Positions 58,625 through 64,000 of a stretch of 64,000 bases of DNA are shown here, in pieces. Source of the DNA: Truepera sp. (GTDB taxonomy: Bacteria; Deinococcota; Deinococci; Deinococcales; Trueperaceae); the NCBI GenBank assembly GCA_965218435.1, contig CBDCKW010000009.1, positions 32,001-96,000 of the forward strand, given 5' to 3'. Below the pieces are notes generated by a model. That model was given only the letters and a program-made list of their open reading frames with translations, ran no database searches and was not told the origin of the DNA. Position 1 is the first letter of the stretch; each line of letters begins with the position of its first letter. The position numbers and the translations under genes are program-made.

Positions 58625-59197
58625 CTACTGTGTATACAGTTCGATATCTTTAAGCGATTCAAACGGGGAAGGCTTACGCTGCTCAGCTTGAACCGGCGCG
58701 GCGTGCTCGGGATGGTCGTTAAGGTTTACGCCGTCGAGCGACAAACCGCGGCACTCCTCTTTACAAAGAACCGTCAGGGGCGATTCTATCGCAAATGCCT
58801 GCACGAGGAGCGGGGCAAAGTCTACGGTAGGCTGCGAAAAGACGAGTACGTCGTCTTCGTCATCGTTCTCGAGCAGCCTCAGTACCTCGCCACCTTTTCT
58901 GGGCTGGTACACCATCGGATAGATGAGGGTGCTGCGTACATTCGTCTCGACTTCGGTCAAGCAGCGGCGACACTCTTGTATGGCCGGTCCGGACACGCTT
59001 CCGGTCAAGATGTAATCGTCGCCGCCTGTGGCGCGTATCGTCAGGTCCCAGTGGAGCGGTCCGGCGACGCGCAACCCGTCAGCCTCGAGCAGTTCCGCAC
59101 TCGGCAGCAGCTCCCCTTCACCGTAAACCTCTTCACCCAGTTCAGGATCGAGTTTAAGGAGCGTGGCTAAATTGAGCGTGGCGTCTTGTTGCGACAT
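58625..59197 (-). CDS. yceD: DUF177/YceD family protein
   Basis: CRRCL, LC.EEC.GL, PF..L; upstream of rpmF. Confidence 0.88.
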   Translation of the reverse strand: MSQQDATLNLATLLKLDPELGEEVYGEGELLPSAELLEADGLRVAGPLHWDLTIRATGGDDYILTGSVSGPAIQECRRCLTEVETNVRSTLIYPMVYQPRKGGEVLRLLENDDEDDVLVFSQPTVDFAPLLVQAFAIESPLTVLCKEECRGLSLDGVNLNDHPEHAAPVQAEQRKPSPFESLKDIELYTQ

Positions 59198-59344
59198 CTC
59201 TCAAGAATATAGCTCACGCTGCCAGCCAGTCAAGGCGAGGTGGACAAAAAAGGCGAGGAATTGAGAAGACAGAATACGGGAGGGAGAATAAACCAGTACC
59301 CCGGATATTCTCCCTTCTGTGTTCTCTATTCTTGTTCTACCCGC

Positions 59345-60418
59345 TTACGTCCAGTAGAGCACTCGAGCCTCTGGAAACCGCACGGCAAGTTCCGTTTCAA
59401 AAAACGTCCGCAACTCGCTCATCACCTCTTTGGTATAGACGTATTTAAGGCCGCCGAACTTGTTGCGTTTGACGCTCCGCTCCGACTCGTCCATCTCGAG
59501 GCTTGAGTTTGGATACCAGCCTTCTAAAACTTCTTTAGAGCCGGGCGTAAAGCGGTGACTGATAAGTTCAAAGGTGAGGTCGTAGGGGAGCGTCAGGGTC
59601 GTCTCGAGCTCGTCTAATAACGCAGTGTAGTGCTCCTGCCAGCCTTCAAGCGGCATAATCGGCGCAATCACGGCACCTACCGGGTAGCCGTCTTGCGCAA
59701 GTTTGCGGAGTCCGTCAATCCGCGCCGAAACCGGGGCGGTGCCGCCCTCGAGCCGTTTGCTGACGGGGTCGGCGTTAACTGAAACCCTTGCCCGCGTCCG
59801 GCCGTGGTGCGGCAGCCCCAAAAGCGGCTCTACGGCGCTGAACTTACTCACCCAGCGGAGCTGCGCATTGTCACGGGTCCCAAAGTAGCGCACACACTCG
59901 GATAAGCTGCCGGTCAGGTGCTCTAAAGAAAGCGGATCGGTATAGCATGACGCCTCGAAAGTGGTGAGCTGACCTGGTTTTTCATAAGCCGCGAGCGCCC
60001 CTAGGACTTCGGGCAGGTTCGCATACACGCGGGTAATCGGTGGTCCTGAAAGTGAACCTGCGAGGTAGCAGTATTGACAGTGCGCCGGGCAGCCCTTCGC
60101 CAGGTGAAACTGCCAGTCCGCCGAGGGCGGAATCGGTTGGAGTTTAAGCATACTCGGGGGCGCATTGACGACAGCTAGGGTGCTCTTGGCCAAACGGTAC
60201 GTCTCACGGTCATCTTTGCCTTTAAGGGGTGGCAAGCGGTTGCTGCTGAGCTGCGTAACCTCCAGACCAAGTGCCGTGACGCGTTCTAAAATCTGCTGAC
60301 CGAAGGGCTGCTCTAAGGCGTCGGCGGTAAAAAAGATACGCTTGGGTTTCCACAATTTTTGTTTGGTTTCAGGCTTGGCTTGGTCCGCAGGTTTGGCTGA
60401 GAGCGTGGCAGAAAGCAT
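59345..60418 (-). CDS. spore photoproduct lyase family radical SAM protein
   Basis: GCPAHCQYCYL, FEASCYTD, IAPI, HRFT..SK, KYVY. Confidence 0.85.
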   Translation of the reverse strand: MLSATLSAKPADQAKPETKQKLWKPKRIFFTADALEQPFGQQILERVTALGLEVTQLSSNRLPPLKGKDDRETYRLAKSTLAVVNAPPSMLKLQPIPPSADWQFHLAKGCPAHCQYCYLAGSLSGPPITRVYANLPEVLGALAAYEKPGQLTTFEASCYTDPLSLEHLTGSLSECVRYFGTRDNAQLRWVSKFSAVEPLLGLPHHGRTRARVSVNADPVSKRLEGGTAPVSARIDGLRKLAQDGYPVGAVIAPIMPLEGWQEHYTALLDELETTLTLPYDLTFELISHRFTPGSKEVLEGWYPNSSLEMDESERSVKRNKFGGLKYVYTKEVMSELRTFFETELAVRFPEARVLYWT

Positions 60419-60942
60419 AGGCTCCTTTGGTAAAACTGTGAATGTGTCTGTAGCTTTTAGGATGTGAAATGGGCTTGACTACCGTGTCCTGCTAATATGT
60501 ATAGTTTAGCTTTTTAGGCCCGGAAAGAAACCCCAATAGATTACATTTTTACCGTCCAGCAGAGCTTTTAGAGAGGTTTTGGTCATGCTGGTCAACGCTC
60601 TCAAACATCTAGGATTCCAGTGTAGATGGGCGGGCTTAAGAGGAGACGCAGCTCAGGTTTCCTTACGAATTCTTTACAAGCCAACGCTAAAGCCAGGAGG
60701 TGCATAAGTAGTAAAAGTAGCAAGCCACTACTTCTAACGGCGCTAGCGGGTGTATTTGTAGAGAGACTCGAGTGTTGCCCTAACTACTAAATCTTGCGGC
60801 GGTTTGTTAGGGTGGGACGCGCTAACTGAACAGTGAGTTGGTTTAGCCCGAGTTACGGGGTCAATTGTCACGCCCAAGGACGCACAACTAGGGGCGGCTC
60901 TCGGACTTTTACGATGAGAGCTCCAGGGGAAAAGGGGACGAT

Positions 60943-62289
60943 ATGTCGAAGGCCAAGCGGTTGTTTCGTTTACTTAAGCTAGGTATGGGTTTAGTTGGGA
61001 GCGGGGCACTGTTTGTCGCTACTGCGTCTCAGCCCGTCACCGTCAGCGGCGACTTAAACGTCTCCGGGTTTAGTTTGCCCGACGAAATTGCCAGCGTCCG
61101 CGTAGACACGTTCAAAAAGACGTATCCCGAGGTGAACCTCAACTTACCTGAAGGGTCTTTGGACGCGCAGCAATTTTTAACGGCGGTGGCGAGCCGTAAT
61201 GTGCCGGACGTGATTTACCTGAGCCGTGAAGACCTCAGTACCTACGCGACGCGCGGCGCGATTGAACCGTTAGACGAGTGCATCAACACGCAGGGGATTG
61301 ATACGAGTCAGTACCGCACCTTAGCGATGAACCAGGTGACGCTGGACGGTCAGGTTTACGGGATTCCCGAGTTTTATACGGTTACCGCGCTTATCTTGTC
61401 GGACAAAGCGTTTGCTGATGTGGGGCTCTCACCGAGCAACTTTACGACGAGCGACTGGGACAAGCTCTCACAACTTAACAAGCAGCTGACGCGCGACCAA
61501 AACGGCAAGCTGACGCGGATCGGGTTCGACCCCAAACTCCCGGAGTTTTTTCCGCTCTGGGTCAAAGCGAACGGCAGCCAGCTCTTATCAGACGATGGCC
61601 GCACGGCGATGCTCAACACGCCCGAGGCAGTTGAGGCGCTCACCTATACGCTGGGGCTTCATGACGCAGCCGGGGGCCGTCAGGACTTTATGGCCTTTCG
61701 CGACACCTGGGACTTTTTCGGCGCACAAAATGAACTCGTTGCCGATCAGCTCGCCGCGTTTCCGATGGAGCAGTGGTACTTTAACGTCTTAGCCGAAGCG
61801 TCGCCCGACCTGAAGATAACCGTCAAAGCGTTCTCTGATCGCCAAGGGAACCCCCTCACCTACGCGTCGGGTAATACCTGGGCGATTCCGCGCGGCGCAA
61901 AAAATCCCGAGGCGGCGTGCGCCTTTATGAAGACGATGACGGCTCCTGCCACGTGGCTGGCAGCGGCGAAGGCCCGCGCGAAAGCTCGCGCCGCTGACGA
62001 CCAAATTTTTACCGGTGTCTTTACCGGTAACCGCGTCGCAGACGAGCAAATCTTTAGTGAGGTGTACAAACCGAGTGGGAAGGGACCGTTTGACAACGCC
62101 GTTAAGGTCGCCCTCGAGGTTCAAGACAAAGCGTTTGCGACACCCTCGAACCCTGCCGGAGCTGAGTTCAAACAAGCCTGGACCGACGGGGTGAACCGGG
62201 CGCTAAACGGCGAGCAAGACCCGCAGGCGGCGCTCGACCAGGCGCAAAGGGAGGCGCAAGCGGCACTCGACGACGCCTGGAGCCGCTAA
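60943..62289 (+). CDS. sugar ABC transporter substrate-binding protein
   Basis: signal peptide; PDV, DGQVYGIP, WAIP...KNPEAA. Confidence 0.9.
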   Translation: MSKAKRLFRLLKLGMGLVGSGALFVATASQPVTVSGDLNVSGFSLPDEIASVRVDTFKKTYPEVNLNLPEGSLDAQQFLTAVASRNVPDVIYLSREDLSTYATRGAIEPLDECINTQGIDTSQYRTLAMNQVTLDGQVYGIPEFYTVTALILSDKAFADVGLSPSNFTTSDWDKLSQLNKQLTRDQNGKLTRIGFDPKLPEFFPLWVKANGSQLLSDDGRTAMLNTPEAVEALTYTLGLHDAAGGRQDFMAFRDTWDFFGAQNELVADQLAAFPMEQWYFNVLAEASPDLKITVKAFSDRQGNPLTYASGNTWAIPRGAKNPEAACAFMKTMTAPATWLAAAKARAKARAADDQIFTGVFTGNRVADEQIFSEVYKPSGKGPFDNAVKVALEVQDKAFATPSNPAGAEFKQAWTDGVNRALNGEQDPQAALDQAQREAQAALDDAWSR

Positions 62290-62290
62290 C

Positions 62291-63229
62291 GTGAGCCAAG
62301 CCCGCACCGGGCATCCCGCTAGACAACCTCGGCGTGGAGGCTTAAAACGCACTGAAGCCAGGGCTGCGTTCGGCTTTCTCTCGCCTTGGATCATCGGCTT
62401 CGTTGTTTTTACGGCGCTGCCGATGATCGCCAGCTTGGTGTTGTCATTTACCGACTACGACGTGTTGCGGCCGCCGCGCTTCGTCGGCTTCGAGAACTAC
62501 CAACAGCTCGTGCAAGACCCCCGTTTACGGCAGAGCATCCTTAACACCTTTTTTTACGTCGCGCTCCACGTGCCGCTCTCGACTGCCGTGGCGCTCGGGC
62601 TGGCGCTGCTCTTAAACCGCGTGGTACGCGCCGCTGACTTTTTCCGCACCGTTTTTTATCTACCTTCGATTACGCCGGGCGTGGCGGTCGGTGCGCTCTG
62701 GCTCTGGCTCTTAAACCCGCGGATTGGACTGATCAACCGGGGGCTCGAGTTCTTCGGTATTCCCGGCCCCGGTTGGACGACCGACCCCATGTGGATCAAA
62801 CCCGGTATCGTCTTGATGAGCTTGTGGTCAGTCGGTGGCACCGTCATTATCTACTACGCAGCCCTGCGTAACGTTCCGAATGAGCTCTACGAAGCGGCGC
62901 GGATTGAGGGGGCCAGGGCGTGGCAAGAGTTTCGTTTTGTGACCCTGCCACTGATTAGCGGCGCGGTCTTTTTTACCCTGATCGTCAACACCATCTCGTC
63001 GCTACAGATTTTCGCCGAAGTCTACACGATGTTTTTTGGGCAGATGAATTCAGGCGCGGCTGAAAATGCGGCGCTCTTTTATGTGATCTACCTCTTTAGG
63101 CAAGCGTTTGAGTTTTTACATATCGGCTACGCCTCGGCGATGGCGTGGTTGCTGTTTGCGATTACCCTGATCTTGACCCTGATTCAGCTGCGCGTCAGCA
63201 AACGCTGGGTCTACTACGAAGGGCGCTAA
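62291..63229 (+). CDS. sugar ABC transporter permease
   Basis: FVGFENY, LYEAARIEGA EAA loop, GYASAMAW. Confidence 0.93.
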   Translation: MSQARTGHPARQPRRGGLKRTEARAAFGFLSPWIIGFVVFTALPMIASLVLSFTDYDVLRPPRFVGFENYQQLVQDPRLRQSILNTFFYVALHVPLSTAVALGLALLLNRVVRAADFFRTVFYLPSITPGVAVGALWLWLLNPRIGLINRGLEFFGIPGPGWTTDPMWIKPGIVLMSLWSVGGTVIIYYAALRNVPNELYEAARIEGARAWQEFRFVTLPLISGAVFFTLIVNTISSLQIFAEVYTMFFGQMNSGAAENAALFYVIYLFRQAFEFLHIGYASAMAWLLFAITLILTLIQLRVSKRWVYYEGR

Positions 63230-63245
63230 AGGATGAGGAGCTGCG

Positions 63246-64000
63246 ATGGTTAGTCGGCAAGAGACGGTTTCAGTCCCCACTCGAGAAGCGGGCCAGCCAA
63301 GCTCTAAGCTCACCGCTGACCGCGTGATCTTTTTCATCTTACTTATCGGTTGTACGGTGCTCTTTCTCGCGCCTTTGGCGTGGCTGGTCAGTGCGTCATT
63401 GAAAACTCGGGCTGAAGTGTTCAGCTCGGCGTGGCTCCCCAACCCTGTCGCCTGGAGCAACTACGCGCGGATTTGGGACGCCGCGCCTATCTTGCAGTGG
63501 CTGAAAAACAGCTTGCTGGTCGGTGTGTTAGCGGCGGTGTCGGTTACGTTCAGCAGCGCACTGGTCGCCTTCGGCTTTGCCAACTTCCGTTTTCGGGGCC
63601 GCGACGCGCTCTTTGGGCTCGTCTTGGCGACGATGATGCTACCGGGCGCGGTGACGATGATTCCAACCTTTTTAATCTGGGATAGACTCGGCGCGGTCAA
63701 TACCCTGACGCCGCTCTGGGCCGGTAACTTGTTCGGCTCGGCGTTTTATATCTTCTTGTTGCGCCAGTTTTACTTAAGTTTGCCGCGCGAACTGTTTGAA
63801 GCGGCCCGCATTGACGGTGCCAGCTATCTGCAAGCGTGGTGGCGTGTCGCGCTGCCGCTCACGCGTTCGGCACTGATCGTCGTTTTCATTTTTGAGTTTA
63901 AGGCGAGCTGGACCGACCTGCTGCGGCCCCTGATTTACCTCTACGACAACGCGCTCTTTACGATGCCTCGGGGCGTCAAGGCGATTGTTGACCGCTTTGG
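63246..64000 (+). CDS. sugar ABC transporter permease (runs off the window end)
   Basis: GAGGAG SD, ATG 63246; LPRELFEAARIDGA EAA loop; not in the ORF track because it has no stop in the window. Confidence 0.88.
   Translation, partial: MVSRQETVSVPTREAGQPSSKLTADRVIFFILLIGCTVLFLAPLAWLVSASLKTRAEVFSSAWLPNPVAWSNYARIWDAAPILQWLKNSLLVGVLAAVSVTFSSALVAFGFANFRFRGRDALFGLVLATMMLPGAVTMIPTFLIWDRLGAVNTLTPLWAGNLFGSAFYIFLLRQFYLSLPRELFEAARIDGASYLQAWWRVALPLTRSALIVVFIFEFKASWTDLLRPLIYLYDNALFTMPRGVKAIVDRF

Noticed and set aside
60777..60814. CCCTAAC...GTTAGGG hairpin resembling attC ends
   Set aside because: Only about 38 bp, and both ends miss the RYYYAAC/GTTRRRY consensus
60419..60942. Possible radiation/desiccation response motif or ncRNA upstream of the photoproduct lyase gene
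   Set aside because: No convincing 17-bp palindrome or known RNA motif seen
1..64000. CRISPR arrays, tRNA/rRNA genes, transposases, prophage genes
   Set aside because: None recognised by eye; very short or degenerate elements could have been missed

Overview
Chromosomal window from a Deinococcota bacterium, most likely Trueperaceae-like. This assignment rests on a DUF3208 gene, a Thermus c552-like cytochrome domain, many leaderless TAnnnT promoters and an rpmF-fabH cluster without plsX. Housekeeping loci are glyA, miaA, sigA, fba, rpe, cysK, yceD-rpmF-fabH-fabD-fabG-acpP-fabF and a caa3-type oxidase operon. Interspersed are scattered surface-polysaccharide genes, Lpt-like genes, ABC transporters and small accessory genes. 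No rRNA, tRNA, CRISPR array or transposase was recognised. Main observations: (1) an unannotated 37-aa leader peptide with competing terminator/antiterminator stems ahead of a heterodimeric ABC exporter operon that has gained two GNAT genes and a methyltransferase, two of them flanked by short direct repeats; (2) a circularly permuted PhoX phosphatase; (3) oxidase subunit IV fused to a c552-like cytochrome; (4) strong over-representation of the palindrome CTCGAG; (5) an orphan DarT-like ADP-ribosyltransferase candidate; (6) a degenerate attC-like site; (7) a comB gene broken by one in-frame stop; (8) a 13-bp tandem repeat across the start of oxidase subunit II.
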